Program-made: the position numbers and the translations under genes
Part shown: positions 50,332 through 60,104 of the stretch, piece by piece
How positions within the stretch are numbered: position 1 is the first letter of the stretch
Layout of the letters: each line of letters opens with the position of its first letter
The notes under the pieces: generated by a model
What the model was told of the DNA's origin: nothing
Databases searched by the model: none
The model's input: the letters and a program-made list of their open reading frames with translations, nothing else
NCBI GenBank assembly: GCA_031422435.1
Contig: JANPLU010000033.1
Location: 1 to 64,000, forward strand
Direction of reading: 5' to 3'
DNA from: Acaryochloridaceae cyanobacterium VAR_48_metabat_390
GTDB lineage: Bacteria; Cyanobacteriota; Cyanobacteriia; Thermosynechococcales; Thermosynechococcaceae
DNA length: 64,000 nucleotides

Positions 50332-51456
50332 ATGAAAATAGCAATCATCACTGAAGCATTTTTTCCCAATATCGGTGGTATGGAGGTCAGCTTTTTGGAG
50401 CTGGGTCGTGCCCTCGTCAAGCTAGGGCATGAAGTCGAGGTCTACACGCTTTGGCTGAATCAAGGCGATCCCCCAGAAGACAGCATCGGTTCTATTAAAA
50501 TTCATCGAATCACTAAGGCATTTCGGTACTTTGAAAGTATTTGGGGATTGCGTAATTATCCAGATGTACTTCGATTTACAATTGATTTAATCAAATTGAA
50601 TCAATTATTGAATCAATTTGATTTTATTGTCTTCAATCTTTGGCCAGTTGTTCCAGCGCTTGTATTGCCGCGCTTTGTAAAATCTAAACTGGCTGTTTAC
50701 TGGTGTGAAATATACGACAAACCTTTCTGGCGAGTTATTTATAAATTAATCATCCGTTTTGGTCCAAAGCTCCACTGCGGCGTTAATCAAAACATTTGCG
50801 ATTTTCTCCAGCACAACTATCAGATTCCTGAAAAGCGCCTTAAAGTGCTGATTAGTGGTGTCTACTCCAGTCTGTATGGAAGCGATCACTCAACAAAACG
50901 CAATCGCTCCATTTTATTCTTCGGTCGATTAGCCCCGCATAAAGACCCTGAAGCCGTCATCAAAGCCTTTTTAGTGCGACAGCTCCATCAGAAAGGTTAC
51001 GAACTCAACGTGGTGGGCGGTGGCCCCCTGTATGAGTCGCTGCTCAGTCAGTATCAGCACCAACGCGGCATCAAAATTCACGGTGTAGTTGATGAAGATC
51101 GCAAAATCGAGTTTCTACAACGCGCCAGCTTACTGGTCTTACCTTCCAAACGGGAAGGTTTTCCGAGAGTTTGTGCGGAAGCCACAGCGGCAGGCACCCC
51201 TATTCTGACGGTTCTATATCCCTCCAACGGAACGGTTAATATTGTGACTCAGTATGGGATTGGCTGGCTTTCTAACCCAAACCAGTCTGAGTTTGCCGAA
51301 AAAATTGAGCGCTACGGAAATATGGAATATGAAGAATGGGAATTAGTCTCTTCACGCTGTCAAAAGATAGCTAAAACAAAATTTGATTGGAATATTGTTG
51401 TCCAAGAATTTTTGGCCCCAGATTTTTTAGAGCCTGCAAGGACTGAGCCAGCATGA
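50332..51456 (+). CDS. Glycosyltransferase family 4
   Basis: FFPNIGGME, GHEVEV, FFGRLAPHKD, PSKREGFPRVCAEA. Confidence 0.92.
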   Translation: MKIAIITEAFFPNIGGMEVSFLELGRALVKLGHEVEVYTLWLNQGDPPEDSIGSIKIHRITKAFRYFESIWGLRNYPDVLRFTIDLIKLNQLLNQFDFIVFNLWPVVPALVLPRFVKSKLAVYWCEIYDKPFWRVIYKLIIRFGPKLHCGVNQNICDFLQHNYQIPEKRLKVLISGVYSSLYGSDHSTKRNRSILFFGRLAPHKDPEAVIKAFLVRQLHQKGYELNVVGGGPLYESLLSQYQHQRGIKIHGVVDEDRKIEFLQRASLLVLPSKREGFPRVCAEATAAGTPILTVLYPSNGTVNIVTQYGIGWLSNPNQSEFAEKIERYGNMEYEEWELVSSRCQKIAKTKFDWNIVVQEFLAPDFLEPARTEPA

Positions 51457-52280
51457 GCAAACTTTTTATCAGCAAACCTTGGAAGCAACTTCTGCCTCCA
51501 GTTATTTTCAACCAAAAAGAGCAGTGGGTTCGGCTCAAAGTTATGATTAACCAAATTATTCAGCAACTTGCACCGCCCATCTTGCTGGATATTGCCGAAG
51601 CTGCTTCAGGCTTTACGCAAAAAAAAAGCCGCACCCATCCTGTTCTAGCTCAGGTTGACTATAACCCTTCTACCCAGCAACTAGAAGTCTACTGGAATCC
51701 CAAAATGGCTCAGTCTCTAGAGACCTGGGGAGAGGGGACAACTTGGTCTGAGCTTGAGTATTTCATGGTCAACTGCCATGGTAAAGTCCTTGATATTGCC
51801 TGCGGGACGGGCAAAACCATTGAAATCCTCTCCCGACATCACAATATTGAAGTCTATGGCTGCGACATTTCTGATTTTCTGATTCAAAAGGCGATTGATC
51901 GAGGTATTGAACCGCATCTGCTAAAGGTGTGTGATGCAACTGCAACGGACTACAGCGACAACTTTTTTGACTATGCCTACTCTATTGGTTCCCTAGAACA
52001 TTTTACGGAAGATGGCATCCTCAATTTTTTACAAGAGTCGCAGCGAATTACAAAATATGCGTCCTTCCATATGGTGCCCATCTCTCGTTTAGAGCAGCAG
52101 GAAGGGTGGCTTAATAAATTTCAGAGTTATTACAACAACTCCACAGACTGGTGGCTGACAAAATTTAGAGCATCCTACGATACCGTCATTGTTCTTGATT
52201 CTTCCTGGCAGGATAGAGTCTCTATCGGGAAATGGTTTGTCTGCATCAAAGACTTTAGCCTCCGAACAACCGATATCTAG
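51453..52280 (+). CDS. Class I SAM-dependent methyltransferase
   Basis: VLDIACGTG, GCDIS, FDYAYSIGSLEHF; overlaps the GT4 stop (ATGA). Confidence 0.88.
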   Translation: MSKLFISKPWKQLLPPVIFNQKEQWVRLKVMINQIIQQLAPPILLDIAEAASGFTQKKSRTHPVLAQVDYNPSTQQLEVYWNPKMAQSLETWGEGTTWSELEYFMVNCHGKVLDIACGTGKTIEILSRHHNIEVYGCDISDFLIQKAIDRGIEPHLLKVCDATATDYSDNFFDYAYSIGSLEHFTEDGILNFLQESQRITKYASFHMVPISRLEQQEGWLNKFQSYYNNSTDWWLTKFRASYDTVIVLDSSWQDRVSIGKWFVCIKDFSLRTTDI

Positions 52281-52349
52281 CGTTTTAATTACACGTGAGT
52301 TCGGCGGAAAAGGTAGGCTGATACCTTAAGCTCAAAGTATTAACATTTA

Positions 52350-52584
52350 GCGTGAGTTTGACACTAAGAAATAGCTTGGGGTAGTGCAGTTAGCCCTTTA
52401 TCATTGAGGTCTAACGCAGGCTCCTTAGGATGATAGAAATAGGCGATCGCTCCTGCCAATAGATTCACCAAAAAGTTGAACCAAATTGAACCGACTGCGA
52501 TGGCGTTAAGAGTCAACCTGCCCAATATTTTTGAGTTAGGCATTGACCGATTCAATAAATGGCTCGCTTATGCAGCAGGATCTT
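52350..52584 (-). pseudogene. IS982-family transposase C-terminal remnant with terminal repeat
   Basis: Minus strand reads KILLHKRAI/IESVNA*LKNIGQVDS*RHRSRFN/FNFLVNLLAGAIAYFYHPKEPALDL with stops and frameshifts, matching the IS982 C-terminal pattern KRxxIESVNxxLKN..RHRS..NFxVNL; ends in GTCAAACTCACG. Confidence 0.8.
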
Positions 52585-52638
52585 TCCTAAGCCGTTAGAG
52601 CAAAAATGCTCGCAGATCAAACTGCGATCACTACATCT

Positions 52639-53385
52639 CTAGATGCAGTCAGGATCTTCCCCCAATTCTCGCAGTCGAGCGGCTAAACGTTCCGCACGTT
52701 GAGCCTCTACCTCAGCACGTTGAGCTTCTACCTCAGCGCGTTGCTGTGCGGCCTCTTCCGGTAACGGCACTAATGCACCACTCTTGTCATAAAACCGCAG
52801 CCAGGTTAGCGTCTCTCGGTCAATGGTACCTGTCCAAGTCCCTAACCATAGCCCCAGGGTTTTACACCACAGCCAGCCCCGCTCATCAGGGCTAATAGTC
52901 TGATAGGTGTCGCCACGATGCCAACCCTGTAAAGATTCTGCATCAAAGGGGTTGTAGACAAAATAATCTTGGGTCTTAAACACGCGGTCATAGAGCTGTT
53001 TTTTGAGTCCTAAATCTACCTTGGCAGTACTTGGAGACATCAACTCAATAATGACATCAGGGTAGCGACCTTCTTCTTCCCAAACCACCCAGCCTTGGCG
53101 AGAGCGAGTCCCTTCAACATCCAGCACCACAAAAAAGTCTGGCCCTCTAAAATCTTGATTTTTGGCCTGGGTGCTGCTGTAGTAAACAAACATATTGCCG
53201 CCGACGTAATAGTCGGTTTGTTCAGCGCGGTACTGCTGATAAGAGCGAATCAGCACATTCATCGCCACGCGGTGTTGGTTGGTTTCCAAGGGTATTCCGT
53301 CGTCAAAAATTAAGTCCGTGGGCGGCTGTGGCGGAGTCCAATCTTCTGCTTCGGGGGTGGTCTGAGGTGGAAGAGTATTGACCAT
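52639..53385 (-). CDS. Uma2-family (DUF820) putative endonuclease
   Basis: ETNQH, GNMFVYYS, GPDFFVV, WVVWEE, PDVIIELMSPST, C-terminal QRAEVEA repeats and RLRELGED. Confidence 0.93.
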   Translation of the reverse strand: MVNTLPPQTTPEAEDWTPPQPPTDLIFDDGIPLETNQHRVAMNVLIRSYQQYRAEQTDYYVGGNMFVYYSSTQAKNQDFRGPDFFVVLDVEGTRSRQGWVVWEEEGRYPDVIIELMSPSTAKVDLGLKKQLYDRVFKTQDYFVYNPFDAESLQGWHRGDTYQTISPDERGWLWCKTLGLWLGTWTGTIDRETLTWLRFYDKSGALVPLPEEAAQQRAEVEAQRAEVEAQRAERLAARLRELGEDPDCI

Positions 53386-53490
53386 AAAGCTGCCAGCAAA
53401 AAGGGCTGTAATTTTATTCTATCGCTACAGCAAAAAGGGCGTTTAGATCAAACTGCCAAAACTGCTACTGTCGCTAGCTTGCAGCGTTAA

Positions 53491-54339
53491 TTATCCAAAC
53501 CGTCCTGCAACGTAATCTCTGGTACTGGGCTGCTCTGCTTCTAAGAAGATTTGGGAGGTCGCGCCGAACTCAACAAGCTGACCAATGCGATGCTCATCGG
53601 TGCTAAAAAATGCGGTGTACTCAGAAACCCGTGAGGCTTGCTGCATGTTGTGGGTCACGATCACAATCGTCACTTTATTTTTTAGCTCATGAAGTAGCGC
53701 CTCAATTTTCATGGTGGCGATCGGGTCAAGAGCAGAGCAAGGTTCATCCATCAGCAACACTTTAGGGTTGACTGCTAGGGCACGGGCAATGCAAAGGCGC
53801 TGCTGCTGTCCACCTGAAAGATCTAGCCCTGATTGGTTGAGATTATCTTTTACCTCATCCCAGAGCGCCGCGCTGCGGAGGGCAGACTCAACTGCGTCGT
53901 CTAAAAAAGATCGGCTGGGGCGACTGACGGTTTTGATGCCGTAGGCCACGTTGTCGTAGATGCTCATGGCAAAGGGATTGGGCTGCTGGAAAATCATGCC
54001 AACCTGACGGCGGAGCTGGTTAAGATTGGTACCCTTTGCATAAATATTTTTGCCCAGCAGCTCCACTCTGCCCTGAATGCGGAGATCGCTCTCCATTTCG
54101 CCAATGCGATTGAGGGTTTTAAGAAATGTGGATTTACCGCACCCAGAAGGGCCGATAATGGCGGTGACGTGTTTTTCGTAAATGTTTATGTACACGCCCT
54201 CGACCGCCTTATGACGACCATAAAAACAGCTTAAGTCCTGGACGTGCATAACCGGAATGGGTGACGGCTCCCCTTCATTAGGAGCTGTACTAGTTGGTGT
54301 TAAAGGGTTGGAGGGAAGAGGGCTTGAAGAAGAGAACAT
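53491..54339 (-). CDS. pstB: Phosphate ABC transporter ATPase
   Basis: [47 protein letters not shown]. Confidence 0.97.
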   Translation of the reverse strand: MFSSSSPLPSNPLTPTSTAPNEGEPSPIPVMHVQDLSCFYGRHKAVEGVYINIYEKHVTAIIGPSGCGKSTFLKTLNRIGEMESDLRIQGRVELLGKNIYAKGTNLNQLRRQVGMIFQQPNPFAMSIYDNVAYGIKTVSRPSRSFLDDAVESALRSAALWDEVKDNLNQSGLDLSGGQQQRLCIARALAVNPKVLLMDEPCSALDPIATMKIEALLHELKNKVTIVIVTHNMQQASRVSEYTAFFSTDEHRIGQLVEFGATSQIFLEAEQPSTRDYVAGRFG

Positions 54340-54344
54340 AAGAA

Positions 54345-55211
54345 TTAGCGGGTTGTCTGACGGTTACGTGTGACCCACCGAGCCAAGAGATTGGTGAACA
54401 CTACAATGCCCACTAACATGACAGCGGCAGCCCAGGCTAAGTTATTTTGATCGACAAAGGGCGAACTTGCATAGTTGTAAATCAGCACGGATAGAGACGC
54501 GCTAGGACCCAGCAATCCTTCTAGCCAGTTTTGGCTGAAGAGTGCGGTAAAAATGAGCGGTGCGGTTTCGCCTGCAGCCCGTGCGATCGCCAGCAAACTA
54601 CTGGTCAAAATACCAGGAAACGCCCGTGCCAGCACAATGCGAAGGGTGGTGCGCCCATAGCCAGCGCCTAATGCGGCAGAGGCTAAGCGCTGGGCATTGG
54701 GCACCAGCTTGAGCGATTCTTCCGTGGCTAGGGTGACAATGGGCAACATAATGACCGAGAGCGCAAACCCACCCGCCAGTGCCGAAAATCCCTTGAGGGG
54801 CAGCACCAGAACTCCGTAGGCAAACACCCCCACTACAATAGAGGGCGCGGCGCTGAGAATTGTAACCAGCATTCGCACGGCGTTAGCGAAGGTTGAGTTT
54901 TTGCCAAATTCCGAGAGATAAATCGCGGTTAAGATGCCCAAGGGCAGGCTTAGACCTGCGGCGATCGCCACCATCACCCCAGTCCCAATAATGGCATTGG
55001 CAAACCCACTGGGGACATCTTTCATACCTGCGGGGGCGGGTAGCTGGGTAAAGACATCTGCCGTAAGGTGAGGCACTCCTTTACTCAAAATCGCCCCCAG
55101 CATCGCCAATAGCGGAATCAGCGCCAGCGCACTCAGCGCAAATGCCGTGACGCTCATGGCGACATTAAATAGCTTTTTTGAAGGGGGCAGCGGCGCGAAC
55201 AGGTCAGACAC
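54345..55211 (-). CDS. pstA: Phosphate ABC transporter permease
   Basis: AIYLSEF, PSIVVGVF, LAIARAAGETAPL. Confidence 0.96.
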   Translation of the reverse strand: MSDLFAPLPPSKKLFNVAMSVTAFALSALALIPLLAMLGAILSKGVPHLTADVFTQLPAPAGMKDVPSGFANAIIGTGVMVAIAAGLSLPLGILTAIYLSEFGKNSTFANAVRMLVTILSAAPSIVVGVFAYGVLVLPLKGFSALAGGFALSVIMLPIVTLATEESLKLVPNAQRLASAALGAGYGRTTLRIVLARAFPGILTSSLLAIARAAGETAPLIFTALFSQNWLEGLLGPSASLSVLIYNYASSPFVDQNNLAWAAAVMLVGIVVFTNLLARWVTRNRQTTR

Positions 55212-55236
55212 AGAAACAATCCTAGGCGTAAGTCAA

Positions 55237-56211
55237 CTAAGCATTTCGGGTTAAAGTGCGAACTAAAACCGCTGCGATCGCATTGACCGCCAGCGTCACC
55301 AAAAACAGCATGAGCGCAAGGTACATGAGTGCGCCAATATGGAGCGGGTCAGAGGCTTCTCCAAACTGATTGGCAAGCAAGGCCGGAATAGAGTTACCAG
55401 GGTTGAGTAAGGAGGTACTAATCTCATTGACGTTGCCAATTACCATCGTGACCGCCATCGTTTCGCCCAATGCCCGACCCAGGGCAAGACTTGCAGCTCC
55501 AAAAATGCCCGAGGCGGCGGCGGGTAGGGTAATAAACATAATGCTCTCCCATTGGGTTGCGCCGAGGGCAAAGGCACCATTGCGAAGATCTTGGGAGATG
55601 GCGAGAAACACTTCCCGACTGATGGCGGCGATTGTCGGCACTATCATGATGGCTAAAACCACCCCTGCCATCAACATGCTGGGGCCAAAAGGCTGAGTGT
55701 TAAAGATGGGAATCCACTTAAAATGGCTGTATAGAAATTGTTGAAATGGCTCTAAGGCCGGAATTAAAATAAACCGTCCCCATAACCCCACAATCACGCT
55801 AGGTATGGCGGCAATTAGCTCAACCAAAAATGCAATGGGCGTTTGCAGCCCTTCTGGCAAGACTTTCTCGCTGGTGATAATAGCAACGGCAACGCCGATG
55901 GGGAGTGCGAGGAAAAGGGCGATCGCAGAGCTAACCAAGGTGCCGTAAATGTAGGGAAGTGCCCCAAATAGGGATTGGTCAATGTTCCATTCTTGCGTCC
56001 ATAGAAAGGCAAGGCCAAACTTGGCGATCGCAGGGCGTGCGTCCTTAAAAATCAGCACGCACATCCAAAATGGGATGGATGCGGTGAGCAGTGCCGCCAA
56101 AAACGAAATGCCCCGAAATCCACCATCCCCAAATTGGCTCACCCAGGACTCCGTAGGCACTGGAGAGCGTTGAGGCAGGTTAGACTGAGTAGGCTCCAAG
56201 GCTTCTGTCAT
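55237..56211 (-). CDS. pstC: Phosphate ABC transporter permease
   Basis: FGALPYIYGT, ELIAAIPSV, LGRALGETMAV; ATG 56211 preferred because the ORF-track start lies in the intergenic hairpin. Confidence 0.96.
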   Translation of the reverse strand: MTEALEPTQSNLPQRSPVPTESWVSQFGDGGFRGISFLAALLTASIPFWMCVLIFKDARPAIAKFGLAFLWTQEWNIDQSLFGALPYIYGTLVSSAIALFLALPIGVAVAIITSEKVLPEGLQTPIAFLVELIAAIPSVIVGLWGRFILIPALEPFQQFLYSHFKWIPIFNTQPFGPSMLMAGVVLAIMIVPTIAAISREVFLAISQDLRNGAFALGATQWESIMFITLPAAASGIFGAASLALGRALGETMAVTMVIGNVNEISTSLLNPGNSIPALLANQFGEASDPLHIGALMYLALMLFLVTLAVNAIAAVLVRTLTRNA

Positions 56212-56245
56212 TTGAGTTAAGCGGCTTCTGAAAAAATATAACGCA

Positions 56246-56277
56246 CGGTAGGGACGCAATACATTGCGTCCCTACCG
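56246..56277. repeat. REP-like perfect palindrome between pstS and pstC
   Basis: CGGTAGGGACGCAAT-ac-ATTGCGTCCCTACCG, a 15-bp perfect stem containing GTAG. Confidence 0.8.
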
Positions 56278-56301
56278 ATAGGCTTGGCTAAAAATCAGTT
56301 T

Positions 56302-57351
56302 TTACTGAGCTTTAACGCTTGCTTCAAGTTGCTGAAGCACTCTTTGAATCACAGGCTCAGGAACAACTCCGTAATCCAGGGTAGGGTTGATCTTCTGTCC
56401 ATCGCTCAGCACCCACTTAATCCACTGCTTAACCGCAGGCAGCTTATCAGCTTCGTATGTTTTGTAGACCAACATCCAAGTCATGCCCACAATAGGATAG
56501 CCCGATGCTGGATTTCCTTCAAAAACCCGAAAATTAGCCGGAAACTTGATGTTGGCTAACGCTTCGTTAGTCGTTTGAAGCGAAGGCGTTACAAATTCAC
56601 CTTTTTTGTTCTGAACAGCAGCAAAGGTCATGTTATTTTGCTTCGCTGAAGCCAGCTCCACATACCCCATAGAATTGGGGGTTTGTAGAACGGTAGCGGC
56701 AACGCCTGCATTACCTTTACCGGTCAAAGGGTTAGCAGCCCACTTGGGTGCAGTGCTAACGCCGATTTTTCCACGAAAGAAGGAGCTTGCGGCGCTGACG
56801 GCATTGGTAAACACAAACGTTGTACCACTACCATCTGCACGAACCACTAATTTAATAGCCTGATCCGGCAGGTTTACGCCAGGGTTTGTTTTAGCAATGG
56901 CTGGGTCATTCCACTTTGTGATTTTTCCACCGAAGATTTCGCCAACAGCGGCCTGAGTGAGCTTTAAGCCAGCAGGAACCCCAGGGGCATTATAGGCAAC
57001 GGTTACAGCACCAGCCGCTGTAGGCACCAGCAAGGTACCGCGATTCCGATCAACCTTTTCCATCTGTTCATCGGTCATGGCAGAATCACTTGCGCCAAAG
57101 TCAACCGAACCCGCTTGAAATTGCTTTACACCACCGCCACTGCCGATTGCCTGATAGTTGACAGTAGTATCGGGATTTTTGCTCTTGAACTCACGAACAT
57201 AGCGCTCATACAGCGGAGCAGGAAAGGTCGCTCCAGCGCCATTGAGGGTTACAGCTTGGGCGATCGCCGCAAACAAAGGAGTAACCGAGACTGCAAGTGT
57301 TACAACAGAAACAGTAAAAGCACGACGTGCAGTTATGGCGTTAAGACCCAT
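56302..57351 (-). CDS. pstS: Phosphate-binding protein PstS
   Basis: GAGATFP, YQAIGSGGG, DFGASD, RADGSGTT, GKGNAGV, YPIVG; ATG 57351 has a GGAG RBS. Confidence 0.97.
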   Translation of the reverse strand: MGLNAITARRAFTVSVVTLAVSVTPLFAAIAQAVTLNGAGATFPAPLYERYVREFKSKNPDTTVNYQAIGSGGGVKQFQAGSVDFGASDSAMTDEQMEKVDRNRGTLLVPTAAGAVTVAYNAPGVPAGLKLTQAAVGEIFGGKITKWNDPAIAKTNPGVNLPDQAIKLVVRADGSGTTFVFTNAVSAASSFFRGKIGVSTAPKWAANPLTGKGNAGVAATVLQTPNSMGYVELASAKQNNMTFAAVQNKKGEFVTPSLQTTNEALANIKFPANFRVFEGNPASGYPIVGMTWMLVYKTYEADKLPAVKQWIKWVLSDGQKINPTLDYGVVPEPVIQRVLQQLEASVKAQ

Positions 57352-57418
57352 TACGTTCTCCAATCTAAAGATAGTCAAAATGCTTGTTTAGATACCCCAC
57401 AATATTCATATAGAAAAA

Positions 57419-57470
57419 TGGTTAACCTTAGATAAAGAAAACAATAAATTCAGTTTAAGATTAGGTTTAT
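57419..57470 (-). promoter_or_regulatory. Pho box array (SphR/PhoB sites) upstream of pstS
   Basis: Minus strand ATAAACCT-aat-CTTAAACT-gaa-TTTATTGT-ttt-CTTTATCT-aag-GTTAACCA: five 8-mers at 11-bp period resembling PyTTAAPyPy(T/A). Confidence 0.75.
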
Positions 57471-57685
57471 TTTCAGTATTTTTAAACTTTAGAATTTAGC
57501 TTAGAGATATCATTCACCAGGGTGCTGTGACAAACTAAAATCTTGGTATGGTTGTTTTTTATAGAAGCTTAATTACTACTAAAGGTCTGTGCCGAGTAGT
57601 CAGTCTTAAAGAAATATAGGGTGCTATAAAGTATCAAGACAGCGATTCAGTTAAATATTTTTTCGTTATTTTCTTGCTTGAAACT

Positions 57686-58780
57686 ATGGCTCGTACGCTG
57701 TCTCTTCCAAAATTCTTAACGTTCAAAAACATCAGCTTTCCGCCTGCGCTTCGTCCCTTCATGAAGCCGATGTTGCTGGCTTCTATTGGTATTCATGCGT
57801 TTGTTTTGCTCGTGCCACTTCCAGAGCCACCACCCAAGGTCGTTGCACCCAAACCCAAGACCGTTAAAGTGAGTGCGCTGCCAACCCTCAAGATGCCTAA
57901 GCGGGTTATTAAGCGCTCAATTATCAGAAAATCAGCCTTGGCAGTCATTCCCCCCAAGGGATTAGTGGTGCGTGGCTTAGTCAAAAAAACCGAAGCCCCA
58001 GCACCTGGAGAAAGATCGCCCCGCGACGTGCCGCCTCAGAAACCCTTATTAACGGCAGACAAACAGGGTTCTAGCAGCAGCAGTGACCCTATGAGCGATT
58101 TCCCTAACTTCCCCAATGCGATCCCTGGCTGTTCCGGACTTCCCTCTTGCTTTGATACCCAAAAGCCCTTAAGTGACGTGACTCAGTTTTTTGAAAAGCA
58201 GTTACCCCTCAAAAAGTTTTCTATTAAGCCAACTATTACGGAAGCCAGTCGAAAGGTTTATCAAATTGAGAAGCAGGGTACTAGTCAGTATCTAAATGTT
58301 TTAGTGGACGGCAGCACTACCGTTTATGTCCTTGCACCCAATCCGTTAGCACTCGCAGATTTAAAAAATGCCGTCCAGGTTCCAGAAGATTTCACAAAGA
58401 GTATCTTAGGTCAACTTCCAACCGCCAGTAACGGAAATGAAGCTAGCGTTACGCCTGATCAACTGACGACCCCTACAGCGATCTTCACAGACTTAGGCGG
58501 TGAAGATCCCCAAGGGTTTGAAACCAACCCCACGGCAAATTCTGAAATTGATAGCCTTAAGCTGGTGGCAGACCAAACCCCTGACCAGCTTTTTTCAAGC
58601 TATTTCAGCTCCAGCCTAGAGCAGCTCGACTACAAAGCGACGCCCATTGCCGCAGGTTATGGGGGCGGGCTACTGTACGAAATCAAAAAAGGAACGGCTA
58701 AACCTTTTTATCTCAATCTGGTTCCCACAAAATCTGGGAGTGGAACCGTCGTGGCGGTGTGGCTGAGCAATCCATCTTGA
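57686..58780 (+). CDS. Hypothetical membrane-anchored protein with Pro/Lys-rich linker
   Basis: TM PMLLASIGIHAFVLL followed by PEPPPK; long uninterrupted ORF. Confidence 0.7.
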   Translation: MARTLSLPKFLTFKNISFPPALRPFMKPMLLASIGIHAFVLLVPLPEPPPKVVAPKPKTVKVSALPTLKMPKRVIKRSIIRKSALAVIPPKGLVVRGLVKKTEAPAPGERSPRDVPPQKPLLTADKQGSSSSSDPMSDFPNFPNAIPGCSGLPSCFDTQKPLSDVTQFFEKQLPLKKFSIKPTITEASRKVYQIEKQGTSQYLNVLVDGSTTVYVLAPNPLALADLKNAVQVPEDFTKSILGQLPTASNGNEASVTPDQLTTPTAIFTDLGGEDPQGFETNPTANSEIDSLKLVADQTPDQLFSSYFSSSLEQLDYKATPIAAGYGGGLLYEIKKGTAKPFYLNLVPTKSGSGTVVAVWLSNPS

Positions 58781-58844
58781 GCCTTATCCATTTTTCTTCC
58801 TGCACTTTCATGCAGAATGGATAGGCACCTCTTCTTCCATTGGC

Positions 58845-60101
58845 ATGACTCAATCTCCGCCAGCCCAATCAACAGCCAATATTGATGACACTTCATTGCG
58901 GTGTTGCATTGCTGCTCGTATTGCTGAAACGCCTCAGCAGCGGGTTACGTTTTCAACCTTCATGGAGTGGGTATTGTACGAGCCAAAGCTAGGCTACTAT
59001 ACAGCTCAGCGCCAAAAAATTGGAGCGGGAGGAGATTTTGTAACGTCTCCTCATTTGGGCGCAGACTTTGGTGAACTGCTGGCAGAGCAGTTTCTAGATT
59101 TATGGGTTTCTTTAGAGCGCCCTAGTGTTTTTCAGGTTGTTGAAATGGGGGCAGGTCAGGGGCTGATTGCCGCTGATGTGCTGGGCTATTTGTGCGATCG
59201 CAGCACACCAACTTCCCACCTATCCTCTAACCCAGACTACGCCGCCTTCTGGGATGCCTTGGAATACATCATCATTGAGAAAGCGTCTGTTTTAATTGCT
59301 GAGCAGCAGCATAAACTCAAAGCCTTCGCAGCAGACCATACAGTCACCTGGAAAACTTGGGCAGACATCCCCAGCCAGAGCATTACAGGCTGCTTTTTTT
59401 CTAACGAGCTAGTGGATGCATTTCCAGTGCATCGTATTAAAATCCAGGCGGGGCGGTTACAAGAAGTTTTTGTGACAGCAGACGTTATGGGCGCTGCTTC
59501 AGATCGAATCCAATTTGCAGAGGTTGTTGCCGAGCCTTCCACACCCGCACTTCAGCAGTACCTAGTAGACCTGAACATGGACATAGCCGCCTACCCTGAT
59601 GGCTACCGCAGCGAAATCAACTTAGCCGCCTTAGATTGGCTCACCACCGTTTCTCAAAAGCTTTGCCACGGCTACGTTTTAACTATTGACTATGGCTACA
59701 CTGCCGCCCAATACTACAGCCCTCAGCGCCGTCAAGGTACGCTCCAGTGCTACTACCAACAGGCACACCACGAAGACCCTTATTGGGCAGTGGGGCAGCA
59801 AGATATCACCGCCCACGTTAATTTCACGGCGTTAGAACAGCAGGGTAAGACGCTGGGGCTTCAGACTATTTCCTATGTGCAGCAGGGGCTATTTTTGATG
59901 GCGCTAGGTTTGGGCGATCGCCTTAACCTCAACGCAGCTTCAGCCGCCAACTTCATGGACATCCTGCGACAACGAGAAGCACTCCATGCGCTCATCAATC
60001 CGTTAGGCTTAGGCGGCTTTGGCGTTTTACTTCAGGGCACAGCCAAAACCCCCAGCCTTGAAGAATATCCCTTTAGCGGCATGGGCACCTTGACCCCTTA
60101 A
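58845..60101 (+). CDS. MidA/NDUFAF7-family SAM-dependent methyltransferase
   Basis: GYY, GDFVTSP, VEMGAGQG, SNELVDAFP, IDYG, QDITAHVNF. Confidence 0.93.
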   Translation: MTQSPPAQSTANIDDTSLRCCIAARIAETPQQRVTFSTFMEWVLYEPKLGYYTAQRQKIGAGGDFVTSPHLGADFGELLAEQFLDLWVSLERPSVFQVVEMGAGQGLIAADVLGYLCDRSTPTSHLSSNPDYAAFWDALEYIIIEKASVLIAEQQHKLKAFAADHTVTWKTWADIPSQSITGCFFSNELVDAFPVHRIKIQAGRLQEVFVTADVMGAASDRIQFAEVVAEPSTPALQQYLVDLNMDIAAYPDGYRSEINLAALDWLTTVSQKLCHGYVLTIDYGYTAAQYYSPQRRQGTLQCYYQQAHHEDPYWAVGQQDITAHVNFTALEQQGKTLGLQTISYVQQGLFLMALGLGDRLNLNAASAANFMDILRQREALHALINPLGLGGFGVLLQGTAKTPSLEEYPFSGMGTLTP

Positions 60102-60104
60102 AAC

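Noticed and set aside
52364..52555. 63-aa ORF as a functional gene
   Set aside because: It is the last frame of a frameshifted, stop-containing IS982-like transposase remnant
52690..52745. 21-bp tandem repeat as a CRISPR or regulatory array
   Set aside because: It encodes the QRAEVEA coiled-coil repeats typical of Uma2 C-termini and has no spacers
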